64,000 nt of DNA from Xanthobacteraceae bacterium (lineage in GTDB: Bacteria; Pseudomonadota; Alphaproteobacteria; Rhizobiales; Xanthobacteraceae). Of this stretch, positions 1-8,581 are shown piece after piece (the stretch's first letter is position 1; each line of letters opens with the position of its first letter). The stretch lies in assembly GCA_049284935.1 (NCBI GenBank), contig JBAPYW010000042.1, positions 5,199-69,198 of the forward strand, read 5' to 3'. The position numbers were made by a program, and so were the translations under genes. Under the pieces are notes generated by a model. The model saw only the letters and a program-made list of their open reading frames with translations, was not told where the DNA came from and made no database searches.

Positions 1-7
1 GAGAGGA

Positions 8-673
8 TCAGACACGGCGATTTTTTCGGCGCGCCGCTGCGACGTCCCCATTCTTGACTTCGGCCGCCTCCCAGGGATCGCGCTCGTTAAAGTCCATGCG
101 CACGTAGCCGCGCGGACTCGCCGGGCCGCCCCAACCGATTTCGCTCCAGGCCGTCGGATGCGCGTAGTAGGCAAGAACGATGTCGCGCGCCATGCGCGTC
201 TTGAAAAACGTCTCGCAGGCCATACCGTCCCACGCCGCGTCTTTCAGTTCGCCCTTTTGCATGCGCGCGAGCAAAACGTCCTGGTCTTGCCCGGAAAGCT
301 CGCGGAAGCGGCGGCCGAAGGCTTGCTTTGACTCTGCATCGAGCGCTCGCAGGCCGCGCCGCCATGCTTCGGCCTCGCGCGGCATTCCGGCATGGCGATA
401 GCCGTCTTCCTTGTGTTGGCGCAATTTGTCGTCGACCAGCGCGGCCACGGGTATCGGCGGCCGCGTCGGCGGTTGCGGCACGATGCGTGTGGCCAGCGCC
501 TGGACTGTTTGAAACTCGTCGGCGGTGAAGAATTTCGGCTCGCCGCCAACGGCGAGCCGGCGCGTGATGACGTCGCGCGTCTTGGCGTTCCACGACGGCG
601 ACAGCCGCTTCGTGAGGACGTCATAGTCCGGAAAGCGGCCCTCAAGCAGGCGTGCCGGCTTTTGTTCAGGCAT
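8..673 (-). CDS. gluconate 2-dehydrogenase subunit 3 family protein
   Basis: 221-aa ORF with ATG at 673. The C-terminal aromatic/His-rich segment (YYAHPTAWSEIGWGGPASPRGY) is typical of the small subunit-3 family that partners GMC flavoprotein dehydrogenases. It overlaps the upstream gene by 8 nt (666-673). It is the last visible gene of a minus-strand operon that runs off the left edge. Confidence 0.8.
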   Translation of the reverse strand: MPEQKPARLLEGRFPDYDVLTKRLSPSWNAKTRDVITRRLAVGGEPKFFTADEFQTVQALATRIVPQPPTRPPIPVAALVDDKLRQHKEDGYRHAGMPREAEAWRRGLRALDAESKQAFGRRFRELSGQDQDVLLARMQKGELKDAAWDGMACETFFKTRMARDIVLAYYAHPTAWSEIGWGGPASPRGYVRMDFNERDPWEAAEVKNGDVAAARRKNRRV

Positions 674-1658
674 CGGGGTGATCGTCCATCAAGCCGAGCG
701 CGGCGAGTCCGGCGAGCGCCAGTCCGGCAAAGCTCGGCGGCGCCGGAATCGGCGGCCCGTTCAGCAGGTTCTGGCTCCAATTGCGCCAGCCGCCCATGTT
801 GCGCGAGACGCCGTAAGCATGCAGCGCCGCGCCGGCAAATCCCATCGCCGTCAATAGCCGCAGCCACCAGCGCGTGAGCCACAGATCGCGCCCCGGTGGC
901 CCGGCCGCCGCCGACGCCATCAACAGCGCGCCGACCGGCGGCAGCGTGACCGGCAACGTCATCAGCGGATTGTGGAAGGCGCCGCGGAAATGCAGCAGCC
1001 CCGCTTCGCCAGTCGTCCCCAGCAATCCGGCGCTGATCACCGCCGCCATCGTGCGCCCGGCCGGAAGCTTGAAAATCGTCGGAATTCTCCAGCGCGACGT
1101 ATCGCGCACTCGCTCCGAGCAAAAGCCGATGAGACCCGAAAGCAAAATCGCGAACGGCGCGCCAAGCGGAGCGCCATAGAAAAGGTTCTGCCAGCTGAAG
1201 CCGCCGGTCTTCTTGCCGACGTTGTAGAAATGAAAGCTGGTGCCGACCAGGCCGGTGACCGCGGCTATCGCGTAGATCGCATCCCGCAAGCGGTGAGCGA
1301 CCGGCCGGGCGTCGGCGGTGCCGTGCGCGCTGGTCGCCAGCATCAGCGCCGACACGATGAGGGGCGTAACCATCGCCTTGTTTTTGAACGAGCCGCGATA
1401 GTGCTCGACCGCGCTGTCGGCGAGGACGGACACGGCGAGCGCGCCGGCGGCGCGATTGAGCCGGCGCGCTGCGGTCACCGTGGCGGCCTCGGCAGACGGC
1501 TTATCCCGTAGCACTGGCGGCACGAGGCCGCGGCGGCGAGAAGGCGACCGCGCCAGCGGCTGTTGCAGAATGACATCCGAGGCGAGCGTGATGCCGGCGA
1601 TGCCTAGCGCAATGGCGCCGAGACTCGGAAGAGAAAGATCACGCTGCACTAACGCCAT
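666..1658 (-). CDS. integral membrane protein with internal two-fold duplication (unknown function)
   Basis: 330-aa hydrophobic ORF with ATG at 1658 preceded by AGGAGA. The two halves share motifs: EHYRGSF...FHFYNVGKKTGGFSWQNLFYGAPLGAP versus LHFRGAFHNP...LHAYGVSRNMGGWRNWSQNLLNGPPIPAP. I recognise no family name. Confidence 0.7.
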   Translation of the reverse strand: MALVQRDLSLPSLGAIALGIAGITLASDVILQQPLARSPSRRRGLVPPVLRDKPSAEAATVTAARRLNRAAGALAVSVLADSAVEHYRGSFKNKAMVTPLIVSALMLATSAHGTADARPVAHRLRDAIYAIAAVTGLVGTSFHFYNVGKKTGGFSWQNLFYGAPLGAPFAILLSGLIGFCSERVRDTSRWRIPTIFKLPAGRTMAAVISAGLLGTTGEAGLLHFRGAFHNPLMTLPVTLPPVGALLMASAAAGPPGRDLWLTRWWLRLLTAMGFAGAALHAYGVSRNMGGWRNWSQNLLNGPPIPAPPSFAGLALAGLAALGLMDDHPDA

Positions 1659-1667
1659 CTCGGTCTC

Positions 1668-2762
1668 CTAGGCAGCGTAACGCGCCGCGTCCTGATGCTT
1701 GAAAGCCAAGCCGTTGCCCGGCCGCGACAAATCCGGGCGGATGGTGCCGCCTCGCGGGGTCGGCGCGCCCTCGAACAACAGGTGCTCGATGCGGACGTGG
1801 TCATGAAACCATTCGAGATGGCGCAACCGCGGCACCGCGCAAGCGACATGCAGATGCAAGGCCGGCGCGCAGTGACCGGATAGATCGATATGGAACGCCT
1901 CGCATAGTGCGCCAATCTGCAGGAAAGCAGTGACGCCGCCGCAGCGCGTGACGTCGGCTTGCTGCACGTCGACCGCTGCGGCCTCGAGCATCGCGCGCAC
2001 GTAGGAGATCGTGTAAGCGTATTCGCCGGCGGCGATGTCCATGCCCGCGGGCGCGCGCTTGCGGATTTCCCGCAGTCCGCGCAAGTCGTCCGACGACACG
2101 GGCTCCTCGAACCAGCCGACGTGCTGCTCGGAGAAACGGGCGGCAAGCGCCAGAGCCTGCTTGACCGTGTAAGCGCCGTTGCCATCGACAAACAGCGTCG
2201 CCTCGCCGATCGCTGCTTTGGCGACCGCTACGCGACGCGGGTCGTCGTCGGGGTCGGTGCCGACCTTCATCTTGACGAAGGCGCAACCGTCGCGCAACAC
2301 CCAGCCGCCAAGCTGGCTTTTAAGCTCGTCATCGGAATAGGTGGTGAAGCCGCCACTTCCGTAAATCGGCACCGCGTTGCGATAGGCACCGAGCAGTGTC
2401 GCCAGCGGCACGTCGATGATGCGGGCTTTCAAGTCGTAGAGTGCGGCATCGACCGCGGAAATCGCGGTGGCGGCGAGCCCTTCGCGGCCGAGATTGCGCA
2501 CGGCGCGGTGCATCGCGCGCCATGCCGCGGGCGGGTCCATAGCGTCGAGCCCGGCGATGGTGTCGGCAAGCTTCAACTCGATCAGTTTCGTGATCGACGC
2601 GCAAGCATAGGTATAAGCCAGACCCACCATATTGCCGCCGGACACCTCGACCACGATCAAGGTGGTCGAATTCCAGGCGATCGTGCCATCAGCCTCCGGT
2701 TTGTCCGTCGGGATCGTGAACGCGCGGGCGCGTATTTTACCGATCGGCACGTTCACGTGCAT
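1668..2762 (-). CDS. enolase superfamily enzyme (mandelate racemase / muconate lactonizing enzyme family)
   Basis: 364-aa ORF. The N-terminal capping-domain pattern (ARAFTIPTDKPEADGTIAWNSTTLIVVEV) and barrel-domain segments (LFVDGNGAYT, WFEEPV, AAGEY) fit the MR/MLE family. It lies 2 nt from the upstream gene. Confidence 0.85.
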   Translation of the reverse strand: MHVNVPIGKIRARAFTIPTDKPEADGTIAWNSTTLIVVEVSGGNMVGLAYTYACASITKLIELKLADTIAGLDAMDPPAAWRAMHRAVRNLGREGLAATAISAVDAALYDLKARIIDVPLATLLGAYRNAVPIYGSGGFTTYSDDELKSQLGGWVLRDGCAFVKMKVGTDPDDDPRRVAVAKAAIGEATLFVDGNGAYTVKQALALAARFSEQHVGWFEEPVSSDDLRGLREIRKRAPAGMDIAAGEYAYTISYVRAMLEAAAVDVQQADVTRCGGVTAFLQIGALCEAFHIDLSGHCAPALHLHVACAVPRLRHLEWFHDHVRIEHLLFEGAPTPRGGTIRPDLSRPGNGLAFKHQDAARYAA

Positions 2763-2764
2763 CC

Positions 2765-4549
2765 TCAGTCTCTCCCGGGGATGATGCTGGTCAACAGTTC
2801 CCTGGCGCTGTTTTTCAACACACTGCCGAGCTCGGGCTCGTCGCGCATCATGAGCATGAAATTCTTGGCGTCCTTCAGCGTGATGTGCGGTGGCAGGGGC
2901 GGCACGTTCGGATCGGTATAAGCTTCGAGGATGACCGGACGATCGGCCGACAGCGCCTCGTCCCAGGCGGCGCCGACCTGATCCGGGTGATCAACGAAGA
3001 TGCCCTTGAGGCCGATCAGCTCGGCGTATTTGTGATACGGAAAATCGGGAATGGCTTGCGTCAATTCCGTCTTGCCGGCGCCGAGCTGGACGCGTTCCTC
3101 CCACGTCACCTGATTAAGATCGCGATTGTTCAGCACCAGAACGATCAGCCGCGGATTGGACCACTGCTTCCAGTACTTCGAGATCGTGATCATGACATTG
3201 AGGCCGTTCATCTGCATGGCGCCGTCGCCCATGCAGGCGATGACGATCCGATCCGGAAACGCCATCTTGGCGGCGACCGCGTAGGGCGTACCAGCACCGA
3301 GCGAAGCAAGACCGCCGGATAGTGACGCCTTCATGCCGCGGCGCATCTTCAGATCGCGCGCATACCAATTGGCGACCGAACCGGAATCCGCGGTGATGAT
3401 GGCGTTGTCGGGCAGCCGCGGCGACAGTTCCCAGAACACGCGCTGCGGATTAAGCGGGTCGGCTGAATCCATCGCGCGGTTGCGCAGCGTCTTCCACCAG
3501 GATTTGAGACCTCTCTCGATCTCGTCGGTCCAGGCGGTATCGGTCTTCTGCTGCAACAGCGGTAACAACGTCCGCAGGGTCGTGGCGCTGTCGCCCACCA
3601 TGTTGACTTCCATCGGATAGCGCAGGCTGAGTCGGCCGCCGTCGATGTCGATCTGCACGCCACGCGCGGCGCCGGGCTTGGGCAAAAACTCGCTGTAGGG
3701 AAAACAGGAGCCCACCATCAACAACGTATCGCAGCGCTTCATCAGATCCCAGCTCGGCTTGGTGCCAAGCAGCCCGATCGAACCGGTGACATAGGGAAGG
3801 TCGTCAGGCAGCACGGCCTTGCCGAGCAGCGCCTTGGCGACGCCCGCCCGCAAGCGCTCGGCGACGGCAATCACCTCGTCGGTGGCGTCGAGCGCTCCGG
3901 CCCCAACTAGCATGGCGACTTTCTTACCGCTGTTGAGCACGTCGGCCGCCGCCCTTAGCAGCGCCTGGTCCGGTAACTTGGCCGGGCCGGCATAGCCGAT
4001 GCCGGTATGCGTGGCACCGTGGGCGAGTGGCGGATCCTCGTAAGGCAGAAGTTGCAGATCGTTGGGCAGGATGACGCAGGTGACGGCGCGCTTGGTGTGG
4101 GCGATGCGCACCGCGCGGTCGATCAGATGCCGCACCTGCTCGGGGACGCTGGCCAGTCCGACGAACTCGCTGGCAACGTCCTTGAACAGGTTCTGCAGGT
4201 CGACCTCCTGCTGGTAGGAGGCGCCGAGCGCCGTGCGCGCTTGCTGGCCGACCAGCGCCACGACGGGAACATGGTCGAGCTTAGCGTCGTAAAGGCCGTT
4301 GAGAAGGTGAATAGCGCCCGGACCGGACGTGGCGTAGCAAAGACCCGGCTGCCCGGTGAACTTGGCGTGCGCCGAGGCCATGAAGGCCGCCATTTCCTCG
4401 TGGCGGACCTGCACGTATTCCATAAAGCCCTTGGCCTTTTCCAAGGCCACGTCCAGGCCGCCGACGCCGTCGCCGGGATAACCGTAAACGCGTTTAAGGC
4501 CCCATTCCGACAAACGGTGCCAAACGAATTCGCTGACGTTTATGCTCAT
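2765..4549 (-). CDS. thiamine pyrophosphate-dependent enzyme (pyruvate oxidase / acetolactate synthase-like)
   Basis: The N-terminal TPP-Pyr domain (VYGYPGDGVGGLDVAL...RHEEMAAFMASAHAKFTG...SGPGAIHLLNGLYDA) and the C-terminal TPP motif (GDGAMQMNGLN...LNNRDLNQV) are both present. I chose ATG 4549 (MSINVSEF). The track ORF extends to a TTG at 4591. Confidence 0.85.
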   Translation of the reverse strand: MSINVSEFVWHRLSEWGLKRVYGYPGDGVGGLDVALEKAKGFMEYVQVRHEEMAAFMASAHAKFTGQPGLCYATSGPGAIHLLNGLYDAKLDHVPVVALVGQQARTALGASYQQEVDLQNLFKDVASEFVGLASVPEQVRHLIDRAVRIAHTKRAVTCVILPNDLQLLPYEDPPLAHGATHTGIGYAGPAKLPDQALLRAAADVLNSGKKVAMLVGAGALDATDEVIAVAERLRAGVAKALLGKAVLPDDLPYVTGSIGLLGTKPSWDLMKRCDTLLMVGSCFPYSEFLPKPGAARGVQIDIDGGRLSLRYPMEVNMVGDSATTLRTLLPLLQQKTDTAWTDEIERGLKSWWKTLRNRAMDSADPLNPQRVFWELSPRLPDNAIITADSGSVANWYARDLKMRRGMKASLSGGLASLGAGTPYAVAAKMAFPDRIVIACMGDGAMQMNGLNVMITISKYWKQWSNPRLIVLVLNNRDLNQVTWEERVQLGAGKTELTQAIPDFPYHKYAELIGLKGIFVDHPDQVGAAWDEALSADRPVILEAYTDPNVPPLPPHITLKDAKNFMLMMRDEPELGSVLKNSARELLTSIIPGRD

Positions 4550-4599
4550 GGTGGGTGTCCGGATTAGCGGCCGCGCAAGCGGCTGTGCCAACGTCTTTC

Positions 4600-4626
4600 C
4601 AACGTTGCACGGCCCGAAACGTTTCG
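4600..4626. promoter_or_regulatory. two AACGTT-core palindromes upstream of the TPP-enzyme operon (candidate operator)
   Basis: CAACGTTG (4600-4607) and the perfect 12-bp palindrome CGAAACGTTTCG (4615-4626) lie about 50-75 bp upstream of the ATG at 4549. No regulator has been assigned. Confidence 0.25.
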
Positions 4627-5539
4627 CGGCACCGCAAAAATTGGCCCACCCGACAATGAATCGTGGCCGGCTCGGTCCTTATGGTTCCTTACGTGGATCA
4701 GCTGGCACGCCCTACCCCGTAGCCACCTAAGTCGTCGGCCCTCGATAGGCTACGATGAGCTTCTGTCCGACAAGTGCCGACGGTCTACAGCGTGCTCCAA
4801 ACGCCTCGTCATGAATCAAATTTTCCAGGTTAGCTTTTGGCGCTGCGAATTTCTAACTGTCGAAAGGTTCCTAAGAAAATTCTGTTTCACACTAAATTGT
4901 GATTCGGAACCCAGGACCTCCACACCAAGTTTAATCACCGCTTGTTTGGGATGCCGCGAGCGGCGACCGCGTTCCAGAATCGCCAAAAGCCCGCTAAACA
5001 ATTGACATCCTTGAGCGGGGGCCAACTTCGAGGAGCTGTGCCGTGCCACTGTTCTTTTGGTTACCGATAATTTTGCTAGACGGGATGTTTGCGGTTGCCA
5101 CCGATGACGTACAGAAATTGACTTCTGGGCAGCCGCGGTCGCGGAGTATGACGCGGCGACTGAAAAATTAGTGCAAAGCGAATCTGTTCCGGCGACTGAT
5201 AGAGCTTGGCAACCCGTGTCGCTGTCGAGCGATACCCAAAGCAAAATCGGTGACCGGCGAAGCGAGGCGGCACTATATGACTAAAGCGCCTCTCCACAGC
5301 TTTTATCGGAACGATTTAACATAAGAGCATTGAGCCGAACTGGGCCTCGCTCATGGTGCCAGGATCGTTCCGCGCGGAGCAAGAAACGCAACAAGGTAAG
5401 ATAACCATGCGGCTGTGGCCCAGCCATGGCGGCGCGCCCGCCGGGGCCGCGTCGGCCGCATCATCACCGGAATCCAAAAGCAGCAGCCTGGGAGAGCCGA
5501 GGCGCCGCCCCTTCTGGCGGTTGGAAGCGCATCAGTGCC

Positions 5540-5983
5540 CTAATCGTTGCTTGTCGCGCTCGGCACGGGTGATTTGGAAACTCCGTTTGTTTTCCTAGAC
5601 GTTGCCGAGCGCACGAGCTCTGCTCTGGCGCGCTCCTCGCACTTGACACGTATCTCGTCGATTTCTTCGTCCGTTAGACGCTCAACGCCGACGAAGGAGT
5701 TATGGGCTTTGCTGACTCGAATGAGCTCATTTAGCTTGATTTGGATCGCGGCGGCATCTCTGTTTTGTGAGTTCTGGATCAAAAACACCATAATAAACGT
5801 AACAATAGTGGTGCCGGTATTGATGACAAGCTGCCACGTATCGGAAAAATGAAAAAATGGCCCGGTGATGGCCCATACGACGATCGTAGCCATAGCAAGA
5901 ACGAAGACCCATGCCCGGCCGACTTCACGCGATGTAATCTGCGCAACGTCTGAAAACAGCTGATTTAGAGGGTGGCGAGCCAT
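5540..5983 (-). CDS. low-affinity iron permease family membrane protein
   Basis: 147-aa ORF. The segment WVFVLAMATIVVWAITGPFFHFSDTWQLVINTGTTIVTFIMVFLIQNSQNRD followed by a KLNELIR helix matches the family pattern as I remember it (PF04120-like). It lies in the AT-richer islet. Confidence 0.75.
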   Translation of the reverse strand: MARHPLNQLFSDVAQITSREVGRAWVFVLAMATIVVWAITGPFFHFSDTWQLVINTGTTIVTFIMVFLIQNSQNRDAAAIQIKLNELIRVSKAHNSFVGVERLTDEEIDEIRVKCEERARAELVRSATSRKTNGVSKSPVPSATSND

Positions 5984-6266
5984 GTCAGAGCCTAAATGCT
6001 TTGGGGGGTTGACCTCCGGTCGCCAATAGCCATGGACCTCCCGATTGAGAACGCTTCAAGCGATTTGGAAGTTCCTTCGCCGCTCGAAAACCTGCGCCCG
6101 TCGTGACCTTATGTTGCCCAAGCGGGTACCCACAAGCTGTCGTTACCTACATCACCGAGGGAAGGGCACGCAGCGGAACCAGCAACGCCATCAGACGTTG
6201 TGAACCGAGAGCGGGCAACACAGCAAGCCCAGAATTCCACCGCCCGTCCAAAGGAAAGGGACCTCC

Positions 6267-6770
6267 ATGGGACTCTTCGCACGCGACATCAAGAACATGG
6301 ATGATCTGTTTGTGCATACTTTGCGCGACATCTATTACGCCGAGAAGCAAATCGTTAAGGCGCTGCCAGGCATGATCGACCAATCCAGCGAGCCGCAACT
6401 GAAGCAAGGCCTGGAGGCTCACCTGGGCGAAACTCAGAACCACGTGAGGCGGTTGGAGCAGGTGTTCAGACTTGCCGGCAAGGAGCCAAGTGGCGTCGAC
6501 TGTCCGGCGATTGACGGGATCATAGAAGAAGCCAAAGCCGTCGCCGGCGAGGTCGAGAAAAAAGCGGTCCTCGATGCAGCAATCATCGCTGCGGCGCAGG
6601 CGGTCGAGCACTATGAGATTACCCGTTATGGGACTTTGATCTCTTGGGCGAATCAACTCGGCCACAAGGATTGTGTTTCCCTGCTGCAGCAAAGCCTCGA
6701 CGAGGAAAAAGCGGCTGACAAGAAACTTACCGTGATGGCCGAAGGCCAGGTAAATCGCAAAGCGGCGTGA
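6267..6770 (+). CDS. ferritin-like DUF892 (YciE/YciF family) stress protein
   Basis: 167-aa ORF. LFVHTLRDIYYAEKQIVKALPGM...ETQNHVRRLEQVF...QAVEHYEITRYGTLISWA is the characteristic DUF892 four-helix pattern. Confidence 0.85.
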   Translation: MGLFARDIKNMDDLFVHTLRDIYYAEKQIVKALPGMIDQSSEPQLKQGLEAHLGETQNHVRRLEQVFRLAGKEPSGVDCPAIDGIIEEAKAVAGEVEKKAVLDAAIIAAAQAVEHYEITRYGTLISWANQLGHKDCVSLLQQSLDEEKAADKKLTVMAEGQVNRKAA

Positions 6771-6957
6771 GCGCACGCTGATTGTACCAAACGACTGCCT
6801 TCTCTGCTTTGGACGAGACTTCGCCCCTGAGTGAACTGTGCTTCCGAGGCTGGTCTCTTGGTCAGACGCCGCGCATCTATCGGGAGTTAGGTCTTGCAGA
6901 AGACGCCGAAGCGCGGTTGCCTTTCCTGCCGCATGCGACTGACCGTATCCCCCAACA

Positions 6958-7103
6958 CTACTTCCCTGCGGCATGACTCTGTCTGAATGCCTCAATCATC
7001 TTCCTGTTGAACGCGGGGGGTCGTCGGGCTTGCGCGAGGTGACAAGGTCGACGTCAGGCACCACTTGTTCGTCGACCCACTTGGCGCCGGCATTCGATAG
7101 ATC
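6958..7103 (-). pseudogene. DJ-1/PfpI family gene remnant (C-terminal part, frameshifted)
   Basis: The minus strand reads [30 protein letters not shown]. After a 1-nt shift inside a C6 run (G6 on the plus strand, 7015-7020) it continues [18 protein letters not shown]-stop (TAG at 6958-6960). This matches the conserved PfpI/YhbO C-terminus (NAGA.WVD..VVVDGNLVTSR.PDDLPAFNR). An in-frame TGA lies just upstream, and no intact N-terminal half (ICHGP motif) was found. Confidence 0.55.
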
Positions 7104-7293
7104 GGGTGGCGGACATCAATGGCGAACTATGCCGGGCCTACGGCAAAGGGCGCACGGACACCGCCAGGTTGGCCAGGGTAGTGTAATCCTTGCCTGCAAT
7201 CCGTCCGGCAACCGTGCCGCCGGAACGAAACGTGAATTAGCAGCTTCGAACGTCGTCAAAATTGCCGACGATCGTTGACGATGCGGTATGCCC

Positions 7294-7343
7294 CGATGTT
7301 CGGGACGTGGGGGTCGCAGGTTCAAATCCTGCCACTCCGACCA
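7294..7343 (+). pseudogene. orphan 3' half of tRNA-Pro(CGG): anticodon arm, variable loop, T-arm, 3' acceptor strand and CCA
   Basis: The parts are: anticodon loop TTCGGGA (7299-7305, anticodon CGG, G37), variable GGGTC, T-arm GCAGG-TTCAAAT-CCTGC (7316-7332), acceptor 3' strand CACTCCG, and A-CCA (7340-7343). The terminal CCGACCA is typical of bacterial tRNA-Pro (C1:G72). No complementary 5' acceptor strand (CGGAGTG) or D-arm lies upstream, so this is not a functional tRNA. Confidence 0.7.
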
Positions 7344-7484
7344 GACCTCTGAACCCATTCACCCTTCGCACTTCACCGCAATTTGCAGATCAGCGCGGTC
7401 TTTTCGCCGAGCGTGTCGCGCACGCAGAGCAAGTTCGGCTGTCGGCATTGCATGGCGGTGAAATCGGTGATTACTGACGCCGCG

Positions 7485-8531
7485 ATGACCACGCGCATCA
7501 CCATCCGCCGGCCCGATGATTGGCACCTGCACGTCCGCGACGGCGAAATGCTCAAGGCCGTGCTGCCGTACACCGCCAAGGATTTCGGCCGCGCCATTCT
7601 GATGCCGAACCTGACGCCGCCGGTGCGCACCACGCGCGACGCGATGGCCTACCGCGAACGGGTCAAGGCGGCGCTGCCTCAGGCGTCGCGCTTTCAGCCG
7701 CTGATGACTTGCTACCTCACCGACGACACCGATGCCGACGACGTCGAGCGCGGCTTCCGCGACGGCGTGTTCACCGGCGTGAAGCTTTATCCGGCGAACG
7801 CCACGACGAATTCGGCGGCCGGCGTCACCGACTATCGGAACATCACTCGCGTGCTGGAACGCATGGAGAAGATCGACATGCCGTTTCTCATGCACGGCGA
7901 GGAGGTCGGTCCCGACATCGACATTTTCGATCGCGAGGCGGTGTTCATCGATCGCCGGCTGTCGCAATGGGTGAAAGAGTTTCCCGGCCTGCGCATGATC
8001 CTGGAGCATCTCTCCACGCAGGCCGGCGCCGAATTCGTCAAGGCCGCCGCGCCGCAGGTCGGCGCCACCATCACGCCCTACCATTTGAACCTGACGCGCA
8101 CCGATTGGCTCGGCGCGGGGCTCAAACCGATGATGTACGCCATGCCGGTCATCAAGACCGCCCAGGACCGGGCGGCGTTGCGCAAGGCCGCGACCTCGGG
8201 CGCGGCATGCTATTTCCTCGGCACCGATTCCGCGCCGCATCCGTTGGCGCGGAAAGTCGCGGTCAACGGCGTCCCCGGCATCTTCAATGCCCCGGTGGCG
8301 CTTGCGACTTACGCCCAAGTGTTCGAGGAGGAAGGCGCGCTCGACAAGCTCGAGGCTTTTGCTTCGCTCAACGGACCCAAGCATTATCGTCTGCCGCCAA
8401 ATGAGGATAAGATCGTGCTCGAAAAAACGCCTTGGACGGCGCCGCCGGAGGTCAAGGTGTCCGGCCCGGACGAGCGTGCCCTGATCTATCGCGGCGGCGA
8501 GACCATCGCCTGGAAGGTGGTGGGGAGTTAA
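7485..8531 (+). CDS. pyrC: dihydroorotase (class II)
   Basis: Colinear similarity to E. coli PyrC: [58 protein letters not shown] chose ATG 7485 (MTTRITI). In-frame ATG 7452 is an alternative. Confidence 0.9.
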   Translation: MTTRITIRRPDDWHLHVRDGEMLKAVLPYTAKDFGRAILMPNLTPPVRTTRDAMAYRERVKAALPQASRFQPLMTCYLTDDTDADDVERGFRDGVFTGVKLYPANATTNSAAGVTDYRNITRVLERMEKIDMPFLMHGEEVGPDIDIFDREAVFIDRRLSQWVKEFPGLRMILEHLSTQAGAEFVKAAAPQVGATITPYHLNLTRTDWLGAGLKPMMYAMPVIKTAQDRAALRKAATSGAACYFLGTDSAPHPLARKVAVNGVPGIFNAPVALATYAQVFEEEGALDKLEAFASLNGPKHYRLPPNEDKIVLEKTPWTAPPEVKVSGPDERALIYRGGETIAWKVVGS

Positions 8532-8581
8532 GATGCGCAAACCCTTCCCGTTTGAGCGGAGGTGAAGAAAAGGAAACAACA

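Noticed and set aside
4880-4925. A tRNA-like fragment (GATTCGGAACCCAGGACCTCC) that might be the other boundary of the islet.
   Set aside because: The flanking bases form no complementary T-stem or acceptor stem, and the sequence has no similarity to the tRNA-Pro fragment at 7294-7343. It is probably a chance resemblance.
7140-7345. A possible tmRNA (ssrA), including the two-piece permuted form typical of Alphaproteobacteria, suggested by the T-arm plus ACCA end at 7316-7343.
   Set aside because: The acceptor 3' strand (CACTCCG-A-CCA) implies a C1:G72 pair and a G3:C70 pair, not the G3:U70 alanine identity pair. The adjacent loop reads as a Pro CGG anticodon loop with G37. No tag-peptide ORF ending in AA-stop was found on either strand, and pyrC follows immediately where a coding piece would be. 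A tRNA-Pro 3' fragment explains the sequence better.
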